A DNA stretch of 64,000 nucleotides, taken from positions 1,205,418-1,269,417 of the forward strand of contig CBDHDB010000001.1 in assembly GCA_965261385.1 (NCBI GenBank). The letters are read 5' to 3'. The translations under genes were made by a program, and so were the position numbers. The stretch's first letter is position 1. Each line of letters starts with the position of its first letter. The DNA is from Dehalococcoidia bacterium (GTDB lineage Bacteria > Chloroflexota > Dehalococcoidia > Lucifugimonadales > Australimonadaceae). Shown piece after piece: positions 20,763 through 30,693 of this stretch. The notes beneath the pieces were generated by a model. That model had not been told where the DNA came from. It saw only the letters and a list, made by a program, of their open reading frames with translations, and searched no databases.

Positions 20763-20848
20763 GCCGAGGTGGCGGAACGGCAGACGCGCTGTGTTCAGGG
20801 CGCAGTGTCCTTACGGGCGTGCGAGTTCAAATCTCGCCCTCGGCACCA
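20763..20848 (+). tRNA. tRNA-Leu (CAG)
   Basis: GCCGAGG/CCTCGGC acceptor, CTGTG-TTCAGGG-CGCAG anticodon arm, long variable arm, CCA end. Confidence 0.96.
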
Positions 20849-20897
20849 ATAGAGATGACGATGAACGCCGGTCTCGCGCCGGCGGACGGTGAGAGTA

Positions 20898-20975
20898 GCG
20901 CTAGTAGCTCAGTCTGGATAGAGCGCATCCCTGCGGAGGATGAGGTCGTGGGTTCGAGTCCCACCTAGCGCGCCA
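20898..20975 (+). tRNA. tRNA-Arg (GCG)
   Basis: GCGCTAG/CTAGCGC acceptor, CATCC-CTGCGGA-GGATG anticodon arm, GGTTCGAGTCCC, CCA end. Confidence 0.94.
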
Positions 20976-21075
20976 CCCCCCTATACTCACGGCATGGACC
21001 CGCGTGAAGATTCCCGGCTCATGCCCGAGACCTGGCAAAAGGCCCCTCTCTTCGGCAGCCCCAAGCTGAGTACTG

Positions 21076-21564
21076 ATGAATAGCGAAGCGCCCCAGGGGC
21101 GCCGCTACCTCCCGTGGATGCTCGCGCTGGCCGGTCTGTTCTCCTTGCGAGTGGAGGCCCAACTAGTCCAGGCGGCGTACGAGGTCCCGTCTCTCCCTCC
21201 GTTCGAGGCATGGCAGGGTTCCGGATTGCCCTACCCAGCGCTTCTGGCTTCGCAGGCGGGCATTCTCGTCGTAATGGCCGTTGTCCTTGTGCGAGTCAAA
21301 GCGGATGCGATCGCTCCCCGTCCGTGGAAGCACCGGACGTGCTTCGTGCTGGGGGGCGTCTACTTCACCGTCATGGCGTTCCGCCTATTCGCAGGGCTGA
21401 CGCTCCTCACTGAGCACTCGTGGTTCGCCGCGGGCCTCCCCGCCTTCTTCCACGTCGTTCTCGCGACATTCATCCTGACGCTGGGCCACTACGTCTATCG
21501 AAGGGGGACAGAGGAGGCAGCCTCCTCCCTGAGACAGGCGGCTTCAGGGGCGCGGCGTGACTGA
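21076..21564 (+). CDS. Hypothetical four-TM membrane protein
   Basis: Four hydrophobic segments; stop overlaps the next start. Confidence 0.75.
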   Translation: MNSEAPQGRRYLPWMLALAGLFSLRVEAQLVQAAYEVPSLPPFEAWQGSGLPYPALLASQAGILVVMAVVLVRVKADAIAPRPWKHRTCFVLGGVYFTVMAFRLFAGLTLLTEHSWFAAGLPAFFHVVLATFILTLGHYVYRRGTEEAASSLRQAASGARRD

Positions 21565-22447
21565 GGCGAAGGCGGACCTTTCGCGCCTGGCAGTCGCCGG
21601 CTCGTACCCGGCAATCATCGCGCTGGGCGCCGCGCTCTACGCTGCATTTGCCGCAGTGGGATGGCCCGCGACACTCGCCTCCTACGCCCCGGTGCTGGTC
21701 GGCGCGGCCCTCATCACGCTGCACGAGCTCAAGCTGCCCTATCGCGCGACGTGGCGGCCCCCCGCGGAGGATGTCCGCGCCGACGCGCTGTTCCTGGCTA
21801 CGGTGCAGGTTGGTCTTCCGTATCTCCTGTCTCTCAGCCTGGTCATCGCGCTGGCCGGAGCCCTGGAAGCCAACAGTCTCACCGTGAACGGCTTCTGGCC
21901 TCACGACCTTCCTGTCGTGGCGCAAGCCGCATTGATGCTGTTGGGGGCCGATCTCCTGCGGTACTGGCTCCATCGAGCGTTCCACCGCTTCACGCTCATG
22001 TGGCGGCTGCACGCGGTGCATCACTCGCCGGCCCAGCTGTACTGGTTCAACGTAGGACGGTTCCACCCTATCGAGAAAGCGATTCAGTACGCCGTCGACA
22101 CGTTGCCCTTCGCGCTCATGGGCGTTTCGCACGAGGTGCTCGCGGCGTATTTCGTCTTCTACGCGCTCAACGGGTTCTTCCAGCATTCGAACTGCCGGGT
22201 GAGGCTCGGCCCGCTGAACTACATCGTCAGCGGCCCCGAGCTGCACCGGTGGCATCACTCGCGGATCGTGCAGGAGTCGGACAGCAACTTCGGGAACAAC
22301 CTCATCGTGTGGGACATACTGTTCGGCACGCGGTTCCTCCCGAAGGGCCGCGACGTCGGGCCCCTCGGTCTTCTCAACCCCGAGTACCCAAAAGGATTCT
22401 TCGCACAGATGAGGACTCCATTCATACGAGGACTGGAGAATGGCTAG
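21557..22447 (+). CDS. Sterol desaturase / fatty acid hydroxylase family protein
   Basis: His boxes YWLHRAFH, LHAVHHS, FHPIE, FQHSN, LHRWHHS; WDILFGT. Confidence 0.9.
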   Translation: MTEAKADLSRLAVAGSYPAIIALGAALYAAFAAVGWPATLASYAPVLVGAALITLHELKLPYRATWRPPAEDVRADALFLATVQVGLPYLLSLSLVIALAGALEANSLTVNGFWPHDLPVVAQAALMLLGADLLRYWLHRAFHRFTLMWRLHAVHHSPAQLYWFNVGRFHPIEKAIQYAVDTLPFALMGVSHEVLAAYFVFYALNGFFQHSNCRVRLGPLNYIVSGPELHRWHHSRIVQESDSNFGNNLIVWDILFGTRFLPKGRDVGPLGLLNPEYPKGFFAQMRTPFIRGLENG

Positions 22448-24116
22448 CAACGCCTTGGGTCACATCGCACACGCCGCCGGCTATGCCCTGCTGCGAAAGG
22501 GCCTCAGCCTGATGCAGTCTCGGCGGACACGGGCGTTCGTGGAAGGAGCGAAGCGCCCCCGCGACGCCCAGCTATCCCTATTGCGCCGCATCCTGTCGGA
22601 GAATACCGATACGGAGTTCGGCAAGCGCCACGGGTTCTCGCGAGTCGACGGAGCGGCTGCATACCGCCATGCGGTCCCCCTGCAGACGTACGAAGATCTA
22701 CGCCCCCTGATCGAGCGGCAGGAGCTGACGGGAGAGCAATGCCTCACCATGGAGCCGCCGGTGTACTACCACCGCACGAGTGGGACAGTGGGGGCGCCGA
22801 AGAATATACCGGTCACGGCGTCCGGCCTGAAACGGATGAAGCACGACCAGCAGATGGGGGCCTACGTTTGGTCCCGAGACTCAGCAATCCTCGAAGGAAA
22901 AGCGTTCGCGATCAGCGGCCAAGCCGTCGAAGGCCGGATGGAAGGCGGCACGCCGTTCGGCTCCGCGTCGGGGGTGCTCTATAAGACCCAGTCGCGGTTC
23001 GTGCGGTCGAAGTACGTCCTGCCCGCTGAGCTTGCGGACATCGAAGACTACGAGGCGCGCTACCTTGCGATGGTGGTCCACGGGCTCGCGGAGTCCGGAG
23101 TCAGCGGCATCGCCACCGCCAACCCCTCAACGTTCCTCCGCCTGCTGTCGGTCGCGGACCAGAACGCCGACGTCGTCCTTGGGGCCATCGCGTCGGGACG
23201 ATTGCCGGGCGCGGGCGCGCTGCCCGCGGTCATGGGGCGAGGACTGAAGGCCCGTCCTCAGCGCGCCGCGTACCTAGCGGACCGCCTCAAAGCGGCGGGA
23301 CGCTTCACCTACACTGACATCTGGCCGGACCTCAAGGGAGTGGTGACGTGGACAGGCGGCAGCTGCGGGACCGCTCTGCACGGCCTGTCGGGCCTGCTGC
23401 CGGCGGATATCCCCATCATCGAAGTGGGCTACCTGGCCAGCGAGTTCCGGGGAACGCTCAATATCGACGCCCGCAACAACGTATGCCTGCCCACCCTCTT
23501 CCAAACCTACTTTGAGTTTGCCGAGAGGAGCGCCTGGGAAGCGGGGAGCGCGGAGTTCCTCGGCCTCCACGAGCTCGACGAGGGCGGCGAGTACTACGTG
23601 TTCGTCACCACGCTCGATGGCCTCTACCGGTACGACATGAACGACATCGTCCGCGTCAGCGGAAGAGTGCATGAGACGCCCACCCTCGACTTCGTCCAGA
23701 AGGGCAAAGGGACCACCAACATCACGGGGGAGAAGCTGACCGAAGCGCAAGTGCTCGACGCAGCCCCCGCCGCTCTGTCGAGACGGGACGCGCGGCAGCA
23801 GTTCTTCATCGTCATCGCCGACGAGAACGCCGCACGCTATACGCTATTTGTCGAAGCCGACGGACACGGCGACGGCGGCGCCATCGCCGACGAGGTCGAC
23901 GCGCGGCTGTGCGAGCTGAACGTGGAGTACGAGGCCAAGCGGAAGAGCGGCCGGCTCAAGCCATTGGACGTCCGCTGGCTCCGGCGCGGAGCGGGCGAAC
24001 AGTATCGCGCCAGTTGCGTGGCGGACGGCCAGCGAGACGCTCAGTTCAAGTACCTGCACTTGCAGTACGCCCGTGAGTGCAAGCTCGATTTCGCCGGCCT
24101 GGTAGAGGCGGGGTAA
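22440..24116 (+). CDS. GH3 family acyl-acid amido synthetase (adenylate-forming)
   Basis: TSGTVGAPKNIP, YLASE, GLYRYDMNDIV, GEKLTE and the N-terminal TEFGKRHGF motif of GH3 proteins. Confidence 0.88.
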   Translation: MASNALGHIAHAAGYALLRKGLSLMQSRRTRAFVEGAKRPRDAQLSLLRRILSENTDTEFGKRHGFSRVDGAAAYRHAVPLQTYEDLRPLIERQELTGEQCLTMEPPVYYHRTSGTVGAPKNIPVTASGLKRMKHDQQMGAYVWSRDSAILEGKAFAISGQAVEGRMEGGTPFGSASGVLYKTQSRFVRSKYVLPAELADIEDYEARYLAMVVHGLAESGVSGIATANPSTFLRLLSVADQNADVVLGAIASGRLPGAGALPAVMGRGLKARPQRAAYLADRLKAAGRFTYTDIWPDLKGVVTWTGGSCGTALHGLSGLLPADIPIIEVGYLASEFRGTLNIDARNNVCLPTLFQTYFEFAERSAWEAGSAEFLGLHELDEGGEYYVFVTTLDGLYRYDMNDIVRVSGRVHETPTLDFVQKGKGTTNITGEKLTEAQVLDAAPAALSRRDARQQFFIVIADENAARYTLFVEADGHGDGGAIADEVDARLCELNVEYEAKRKSGRLKPLDVRWLRRGAGEQYRASCVADGQRDAQFKYLHLQYARECKLDFAGLVEAG

Positions 24117-24121
24117 GAGAT

Positions 24122-25255
24122 TTGCGTATCCAACGGCTGGAGGTCACGAGCTTCCCCGTCCCCTTCCGGGCCGTCTTCCGCCACGCATCCGCCAGCCGCG
24201 CCAAGGCGGAGAACCTCATCGTCGCGGCCCATTCGGAGTCCGGCGAGGCGGGGTACGGCGAGGGGTGCCCCCGCAGCTACGTGACCGGGGAGACGGTGGA
24301 GAGCGGCGCCGCATTCATTCGGCAGCACGCAGCTTCGATTGCCGACAGCGTGACCGACGCCCAAAGCTTGCGGGGGTGGGCCGACGCCCACCGCGAAGTC
24401 ATCGACCGGAACCCTGCAGCGTTCTGCGCAATCGAAATCGCAGTGCTCGATCTGCTGGGAAAGGCGGAGCTCAGACCCATCGAGGAGGTCCTGGGCCTGC
24501 CGCGGCTGACTGGCCGGTTCCCCTACTCCGCGGTGTTGGGGGACGCGCCGCACCTGGCCTATTGGTGGCAGCTCCGGCGCTACTGGAAGCGGGGCTTTCG
24601 GGACTTCAAGGTGAAGGTGTCGGGCAACCTCACGCGCGACCAACGGAAGATACGCCTGTTCGAGAAAAAAACCGACCCGGAGCTGCGGGTGCGGTTCGAC
24701 GCGAACAACCTGTGGGAGTCAGCGGACGAGTGCATCCGTCACGTGAACGCGCTTCCTTATGCGGTCTACGCAATCGAGGAGCCGCTGCGGGAAGGGGACT
24801 TGGCCGGGTTCGAGCGCGTGGGCGTGGAGTGCGGAACAAAAATCATCCTCGACGAGAGCCTGCTGCGCGCCGAACAGCTCGATAGGCTGAACGACCCGGA
24901 CCGGTGGATCGTGAACGTGCGAGTCTCGAAGATGGGCGGCCTCATCCGGTCGCTGGAAGTGACCCAGCGGGCTGCCGAGCTTGGGCTTGGCGTAATCGTC
25001 GGCGCCCAGGTCGGAGAGACGAGCATCCTCACTCGCGCGGGCCTGACGGTGATGCATGCAGCACGTCCGAATCTCGTGGCGTCAGAGGGCGCGTTCGGCA
25101 CGCACTTGCTCAAACGGGACCTCACGTCGGAAAGTCTGATGTTCGGCGACGATGGGGCGATCGTCGCCGAGCGGGAGGACGTCGGCGCGGCGCCGGGGTT
25201 GGGACTGGAGGTACGCAGAGGGGATCTCGTCCCGCTGCGCTTTTCTTCGTCATGA
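24122..25255 (+). CDS. Enolase superfamily enzyme (MLE subgroup; dipeptide epimerase/racemase-like)
   Basis: GYGEGCPRSYVTGET, KVK, metal ligands in DANN / EEPL / DESL, SKMGG; TTG start 5 nt after the GH3 stop is the likely start. Confidence 0.85.
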   Translation: MRIQRLEVTSFPVPFRAVFRHASASRAKAENLIVAAHSESGEAGYGEGCPRSYVTGETVESGAAFIRQHAASIADSVTDAQSLRGWADAHREVIDRNPAAFCAIEIAVLDLLGKAELRPIEEVLGLPRLTGRFPYSAVLGDAPHLAYWWQLRRYWKRGFRDFKVKVSGNLTRDQRKIRLFEKKTDPELRVRFDANNLWESADECIRHVNALPYAVYAIEEPLREGDLAGFERVGVECGTKIILDESLLRAEQLDRLNDPDRWIVNVRVSKMGGLIRSLEVTQRAAELGLGVIVGAQVGETSILTRAGLTVMHAARPNLVASEGAFGTHLLKRDLTSESLMFGDDGAIVAEREDVGAAPGLGLEVRRGDLVPLRFSSS

Positions 25256-25293
25256 GGGCGGAAGGTGCTCTCGATAAGGAAGCGGAGAACGAC

Positions 25294-25932
25294 TCAGCCC
25301 CCGAGAACGACTCGCACGATCTGGCGCTCCAAGCGGCCGCCCAGCTCGACGGCCAAGTCGAGGTAGGTCTTGTCCACCTTCGCCACCGCAGTCGCGACGC
25401 CGATTACGCGGCCCACCTGGAACTCGACAATCGTCGAGACCAGCTCGCCGCCGGGGACTTCGCGGAGGACGAGCAGACCGGCGGAGTGGCCGTGGAAACC
25501 CGACGGCTTCAGCACCTCGACGCCGGTGATCTTGCGGTCCATGGCATCCGTCTCGCCCACGCTCTTCCTCAGACGAGCGACGAAAGTCTCGTCGATCCAC
25601 GCTTGCGCGTCCTCGGGGCGCTGGAACAGGTGAACGGCCGTCGACGCCTCCAGAAGCTCCGACGGCTCCTCGGCGAGGGTCGAGCCGCCCTGCGGGACGA
25701 TGAACCCGACCTCGTAGCCGTTGAGCCGATTCGCCTCGGTCAGCGACTCGACGGTGTCCGGGCCGTCGGCGCGCTTGGCGAAGGTCTCGTTATCGAGGTC
25801 CTCCTCGCGCAGCGACTCGAACCCCGCCAGCTCGTCGGGCAGCTGAGACTTGTCCAGCGCCATGAAGCGCAAATCGCCTGATGTGACGCCGAGCGTCAGC
25901 TGTGAGAGTCGGTCTTGGGTAGCTTCAGTCAT
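25294..25932 (-). CDS. Hypothetical protein
   Basis: Protein-like acidic ORF with AAGGAG RBS before the ATG at 25932. Confidence 0.7.
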   Translation of the reverse strand: MTEATQDRLSQLTLGVTSGDLRFMALDKSQLPDELAGFESLREEDLDNETFAKRADGPDTVESLTEANRLNGYEVGFIVPQGGSTLAEEPSELLEASTAVHLFQRPEDAQAWIDETFVARLRKSVGETDAMDRKITGVEVLKPSGFHGHSAGLLVLREVPGGELVSTIVEFQVGRVIGVATAVAKVDKTYLDLAVELGGRLERQIVRVVLGG

Positions 25933-26010
25933 GGCGCGGCGCTCCTTGGCCGTCAAGGTTACGCTGGCGCGGCGGCTGTGACCACTAGCCTCGCCTGCGG
26001 GCGCTTCCCA

Positions 26011-27144
26011 TTACCTGGCCAAGTCGAACAAAGCGGCGGCATTCTCGCGGAGAATCTTGCGCCGGGTTTCGGCGGGGAGGTGGGCCGTCTCTCGCGTGAC
26101 AACCTCGTCCGAGTAAGGCCAAGTGCCGTCGGCGTGGGGGAAGTCGGAAGCCCACATCATGTGGCCGTCGCCGAAGAAGTCGACGAGATGTAGGCCGACC
26201 TCGTCGGCCTGATAGGTGGCCCAGACCTGGCGCTTGAATACGTCGCTTGGGCGCTCTTTCAGGTCGGAATGTTGGCCGGCGCCCTCCGCCTTCTTCAGGC
26301 GATAGTCCATCTCTTGGACCACGTAGGGGATCCATCCCGTGCCGGACTCGGCGAGGACGACCCGCAAGCCTGGACGGCGTTCCAAGACCCCCAGCGAGAA
26401 GAGGTTGACGAAAGGCTCCAGAAAGGCAGTGCCCGCGTTCCCGAGGCCAAGGTCGAAGGCGGGGACGCGGGCCGTTCCGGCTAGGGCCGTCCGGCGCGCC
26501 CGCATCGAGCCGGTCTGAAGACTGCCGCCGACGTGATAGGCCACGACCATGCCCGTCTCCTCGGCGACGTCCCAGAAGCGGTCCCACGGCTCCATGCACA
26601 TGTCGACCGTGACATCGTTGACCAGAAAGCACACTTCTCGCAGCCGGCCCCTTTTCGCCACCCGCACGAGCTCGTCAGTAGCGGCTATGGGGTCGACGGG
26701 CGAGAGGGCGGCGGCGGGGAGGAAGCGTTTCGGCGCCGCGTCCGCGAATTCGGTGGCCCAGTCGTTGTACGCGCTGACGCAGAAGTTCCTCAGTTCGGCG
26801 TTTTCGATGTGCAGCTCGATGATCGGGGGATACATCAAGGAGGCCTCAATGCCGTCGCGGTCCATGTCTTCGATGCGCTTTGCGGGAGTCGTCGGACGGC
26901 CGGGCTCGGCAAACCCGATGCGGTCGAGCGCCGATTTATTGCGCTTAGGGTTCGCGAAGTAACGCTCGCCCCTGAAGTCGCCCCACGAGAAGCCGTCGCA
27001 CACCCAGAGCTCGCCGTCGTCGCCCCGGTCTTCGACGTGGGGGGCGCGCGCGCGGAGCGCCTTGGGGACGCGGTCGAGCCAGAGGTCCTTAGGCAAGTAT
27101 CCGAGGTCGATGTGGTCGTCGGCCGATATCTTGAGATAGTCCAT
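26011..27144 (-). CDS. Amidohydrolase family protein (amidohydro_2)
   Basis: ISADDH, DMDRDGI, AYNDW, ESGTGW, WASDFPH, ENAAALF; GGAGG RBS. Confidence 0.88.
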   Translation of the reverse strand: MDYLKISADDHIDLGYLPKDLWLDRVPKALRARAPHVEDRGDDGELWVCDGFSWGDFRGERYFANPKRNKSALDRIGFAEPGRPTTPAKRIEDMDRDGIEASLMYPPIIELHIENAELRNFCVSAYNDWATEFADAAPKRFLPAAALSPVDPIAATDELVRVAKRGRLREVCFLVNDVTVDMCMEPWDRFWDVAEETGMVVAYHVGGSLQTGSMRARRTALAGTARVPAFDLGLGNAGTAFLEPFVNLFSLGVLERRPGLRVVLAESGTGWIPYVVQEMDYRLKKAEGAGQHSDLKERPSDVFKRQVWATYQADEVGLHLVDFFGDGHMMWASDFPHADGTWPYSDEVVTRETAHLPAETRRKILRENAAALFDLAR

Positions 27145-27301
27145 GGTTGGCCCTCCCGTCGGCGGCTGCACTGAGGGGCAGCCCCAACTCCGGCAAGCTA
27201 CTCCCACGCCCAAGGCGGGGTCAACAAAATCGCGTTCCGCCGGGCGTGTTGTTGTATCGTTGCCTCGATCCGGCAGGGGCGCCGGACAGCAGGAGGCGCG
27301 G

Positions 27302-28600
27302 ATGTTCAGTATCGAGGACAACACGAGGCTGACGGCGACCGCTCGGGGCACGGAGATGGGGAACCTCCTTCGCCGCTTCTGGACGCCGTTCCTTCTATCC
27401 GACGAGCTGCCGAGACCCGATTGCCCCCCGGTGCGGGTCCGGCTGATGGGCGAGAGCCTCGTCGCGTTCCGCGACAGCGCGGGGCGCATCGGGCTGCTGG
27501 CCGAGCGGTGCCCCCACCGCCGCGCCAGCCTCTACTTCGGGCGAAACGAGGAGTGGGGCCTGCGCTGCATCTACCACGGCTGGAAGTTCGACATCGAGGG
27601 GCAGTGTGTCGACATGCCGTCCGAGCCCGCAACGTCCAACTACAAGGAGAAGGTGCGCCAGCCCGCGTATCCGACGGCGGAGCGGGGCGGCGTTGTCTGG
27701 GCGTACCTAGGGCCGTCGGACGCCACGCCGGAGCTGCCGGGATTCGCCTGGCTCGACCTTCCGCCCTCCCACGTGCACGTGACGAAGCGGTTGGAGCGCA
27801 CGAGCTGGGTGCAGGGACTGGAAGGCGGAGTCGACTCGGCCCACTCCAACTTCTTGCATGCCTCCGTGGACTCATTCCGGCGCACGCCGGCCTGGCTGGA
27901 ACGCGCTCAAAACGCGCCGAACCTGCGCTCCCGGTACCACGCCCTGGACCGGTCTCCCGTCTTCGTCGCGGAAGACACGGACTACGGAGTCCGAGTAGGA
28001 GCGCGGCGCGACATCGGCGAGGGCAAGTACTACTGGCGGTTCACCCACTGGCTGATGCCGTTCTACAACCTTTTCAGGCAGGGCGCGCTGCAGCCCGGCA
28101 ACAACAGCCAGGGCATCGCCTGGACGCCCATCGACGACAACAGCTGCTGGACCATCGTCGCGACCTGGAACGAGGAACGGTCGCTGTCGGGCGAGGACAT
28201 CGAGTCCGCCGAGGACTTCGCGGGCCCCGCGCTCCCGGGCACGTTCCTGCCGGTCCGCAACATCGACAACGAGTACCTCATCGACCGCGAGGTCCAGCAG
28301 TCCTCGACCTTCACAGGCATCGCGGGCGTTCAGGCCCAAGACATGGCCGTGCAAGAGAGCATGGGCCCGATAGTCGACCGCCACGAGGAGCACCTCGGCA
28401 CGAGCGACACAGCGATCATCGCGATGCGGCGGAGGCTGCTACGGCAAGCGCGCGCCTTAGCAGACGGCGCCGAACCCATCGCGGCGCGCGATCCGTCGGT
28501 GTACCGGGTGCGCTTCGCGGAGGCCTTAGTGGACCAGGACGAAGAGCTAACCCACACCGCGCGTGAGGAGCTTTGCTCCTCAACGGCGAGGGAACCCTAA
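27302..28600 (+). CDS. Rieske non-heme iron oxygenase alpha subunit (LigXa/phthalate type)
   Basis: CPHRRA...CIYHGW; EGGVDSAHSNFLH; QDMAVQESMG; AGGAGG RBS. Confidence 0.92.
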   Translation: MFSIEDNTRLTATARGTEMGNLLRRFWTPFLLSDELPRPDCPPVRVRLMGESLVAFRDSAGRIGLLAERCPHRRASLYFGRNEEWGLRCIYHGWKFDIEGQCVDMPSEPATSNYKEKVRQPAYPTAERGGVVWAYLGPSDATPELPGFAWLDLPPSHVHVTKRLERTSWVQGLEGGVDSAHSNFLHASVDSFRRTPAWLERAQNAPNLRSRYHALDRSPVFVAEDTDYGVRVGARRDIGEGKYYWRFTHWLMPFYNLFRQGALQPGNNSQGIAWTPIDDNSCWTIVATWNEERSLSGEDIESAEDFAGPALPGTFLPVRNIDNEYLIDREVQQSSTFTGIAGVQAQDMAVQESMGPIVDRHEEHLGTSDTAIIAMRRRLLRQARALADGAEPIAARDPSVYRVRFAEALVDQDEELTHTAREELCSSTAREP

Positions 28601-28619
28601 CAACCAAGGAGCACTGAAG

Positions 28620-29378
28620 ATGCCCAGACTCACAATAGCCGACTTGCAGCAGATGAAGAACGAGGGCAAGAAGATTGCGGCGGGCGTGTGCTACGACGTT
28701 CAGATGACGCGCATATGGGAGCGCGCCGGAGTCGACCTCCTCTCGGTGGGAGACAGCGTGAGCCGCACGTTCCTCGGCATGGAGAACGAGGACGAGTTCA
28801 CGATCGACGCGATGCTCCTGTTCGGCAAGGCGGTCAGCCGGGTGGCGGAGCGGGCCGCGGTGAACGTCGATATGCCGACGGCGACGTGCAACGCCGGACC
28901 CAAGGCGGTCGAGGCGGCGGCCCGCCGGATCAAAGAGGAAACGGGCGCGGACATGACCAAGGTGGACATCCGCACCCAGGAGGAGACGCTGTTCGACGAC
29001 GTGCTGGCGGTGATCGAGACGGGCTTGCCGGTCTACCCCCAGATTGGGTTCGACGTCTGGGAGCCCCGACACGAGGACGCAGCGGCGCACGACCACGTGA
29101 TGAAGTGGTGCAGCGCCGTGCAGGACGCCGGGGCCGTGATGATCGACCTCACCAACGTGAGCAACGAGATATACGCCGACGTGGCGAAGGCGATGCGCGT
29201 CCCGGTCATCGGCGGGCAGACGGGGCCGGAGGCGGCCGGCCGCATCTACGTGAGCTACGCGCTCACCGGCTACCGGGCCGACTCCATCGATCGGACCGAC
29301 GGGGCCCCGAGCGCGGCCAAGTACATCTACGACATCGCCAGCCAGGCGGTCGCGAACGTCCACGCGGGGGCCTGGTAG
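28620..29378 (+). CDS. Divergent PanB-like (ketopantoate hydroxymethyltransferase family) protein
   Basis: K...KI...YD, LLSVGDS, VDMP and VPVIG retained; the usual KLEGG and GHIGL motifs are replaced by KVDIR and PQIGF. Confidence 0.75.
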   Translation: MPRLTIADLQQMKNEGKKIAAGVCYDVQMTRIWERAGVDLLSVGDSVSRTFLGMENEDEFTIDAMLLFGKAVSRVAERAAVNVDMPTATCNAGPKAVEAAARRIKEETGADMTKVDIRTQEETLFDDVLAVIETGLPVYPQIGFDVWEPRHEDAAAHDHVMKWCSAVQDAGAVMIDLTNVSNEIYADVAKAMRVPVIGGQTGPEAAGRIYVSYALTGYRADSIDRTDGAPSAAKYIYDIASQAVANVHAGAW

Positions 29379-29558
29379 GGCCGCTCCGGGCTACGTCCGT
29401 CGTGTGCGAGGTTCCCGCCTGCCTGGGATTTGACGGGAGGGGGCACGGGACATGACCGCGCTGTGCCCCGCACGCCTTCGTTCTGGAGTACCATGCGACG
29501 GTTAGGGGACGCCGCTGCCCTGCGGGCGTCCCGGACCACTTGATAGGAGAGCGGCTGG

Positions 29559-30590
29559 ATGATTATCGATTCCCATGGGCACTACACCACGGCCCCAGCC
29601 GGGGTGCAGATTTTTCGAGCTACGCAAATCACCTTCATGGGAGCTCCGGTCAAGCACCCTGTGAACGTCACCGACGACCAGATACGAGCATCGCTGGAGA
29701 ACGGGCAGCTCAAACTGCAGAACGAGCGCGGCACGGAGGTGGCGCTCTTCTCCCCGCGCGCCTCATGGATGGGGCACCACTTCGGCGGCGAGCTCATCAG
29801 CCGCTTCTGGACCGAAATCAACAACGACCTCATCAGGCGTGTCTGCGACATCTATCCCGACCGCTTCATCCCCGTCGCGTCGCTGCCGCAGTCGCCCGGC
29901 GTGCCTCCGGAGCGAGGCGTCGTGCAGGAGCTGGAACGGGTCGTGAACGAGATGGGGTTCGTCGGATGCAACCTCAACCCCGACCCCTCCGGCGGCTGGT
30001 GGACGGACCCGCCGTTGGGCGACCGGTACTGGTACCCGCTCTACGAGAAGATGGTCGAGCTGGACGTGCCCGCGATGATTCACGGCTCCGGCACGTGCAA
30101 CCCCGCGTTCACGACAACCGGCTCCCACTACATGAACATAGACAACACCGGCTTCGTGCAGCTGCTAGAGTCGGACGTGTACCGGGACTTCCCCGGCATC
30201 AAGTTCATCATGCCCCACGGCGGCGGCGCCATCCCCTACCAATACGCCCGCTTCAAGGGCCTCAGCATCATGGCCAACCGCGAGCCGTTCGACGAGTTCC
30301 TTGGCCGCATGTTCTTCGACACCGCCATCTACAGCCAGGCGGCGGTCGAGTACCTGATTAAGACGGTGGGCGTCGACAACGTGCTGTTCGCGTCGGAGAT
30401 GATCGGCGGCGTGCAGGCCGTCGACCCCGACTCCGGACGGCAGTACGACGACACCAAGCCCTACATCGACGGCATCGATTGGCTGTCGGACGAGGACCGC
30501 AAGAAGCTGTTTGAGGACAACGTGCAACGGGCGTACCCTCGGATGAAGCCCTACATCGAGAAGATTGCGAAGGCCCAAGGGGAGAACTGA
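29559..30590 (+). CDS. ligJ: 4-oxalomesaconate hydratase-like amidohydrolase
   Basis: MIIDSHGHYTTAP, SPRAS.MGHH, LPQSPGV, NLNPDPSGG, PHGGGAIPY, FASEMIG, DDTKPYI. Confidence 0.8.
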   Translation: MIIDSHGHYTTAPAGVQIFRATQITFMGAPVKHPVNVTDDQIRASLENGQLKLQNERGTEVALFSPRASWMGHHFGGELISRFWTEINNDLIRRVCDIYPDRFIPVASLPQSPGVPPERGVVQELERVVNEMGFVGCNLNPDPSGGWWTDPPLGDRYWYPLYEKMVELDVPAMIHGSGTCNPAFTTTGSHYMNIDNTGFVQLLESDVYRDFPGIKFIMPHGGGAIPYQYARFKGLSIMANREPFDEFLGRMFFDTAIYSQAAVEYLIKTVGVDNVLFASEMIGGVQAVDPDSGRQYDDTKPYIDGIDWLSDEDRKKLFEDNVQRAYPRMKPYIEKIAKAQGEN

Positions 30591-30693
30591 GGAAGGGCCT
30601 ATTCTCGTCCACCTTCCAAGGGAGGCCGCCTTCCAAGGAGGAACCGAGGACAGGGCCTAGACTCAACGGCAACAGGCAACCAAGGAGGAAGCC

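Noticed and set aside
20976-25294. GH3 operon as a tRNA-Arg-integrated island
   Set aside because: No duplicated tRNA 3' end, integrase or obvious composition shift was seen.
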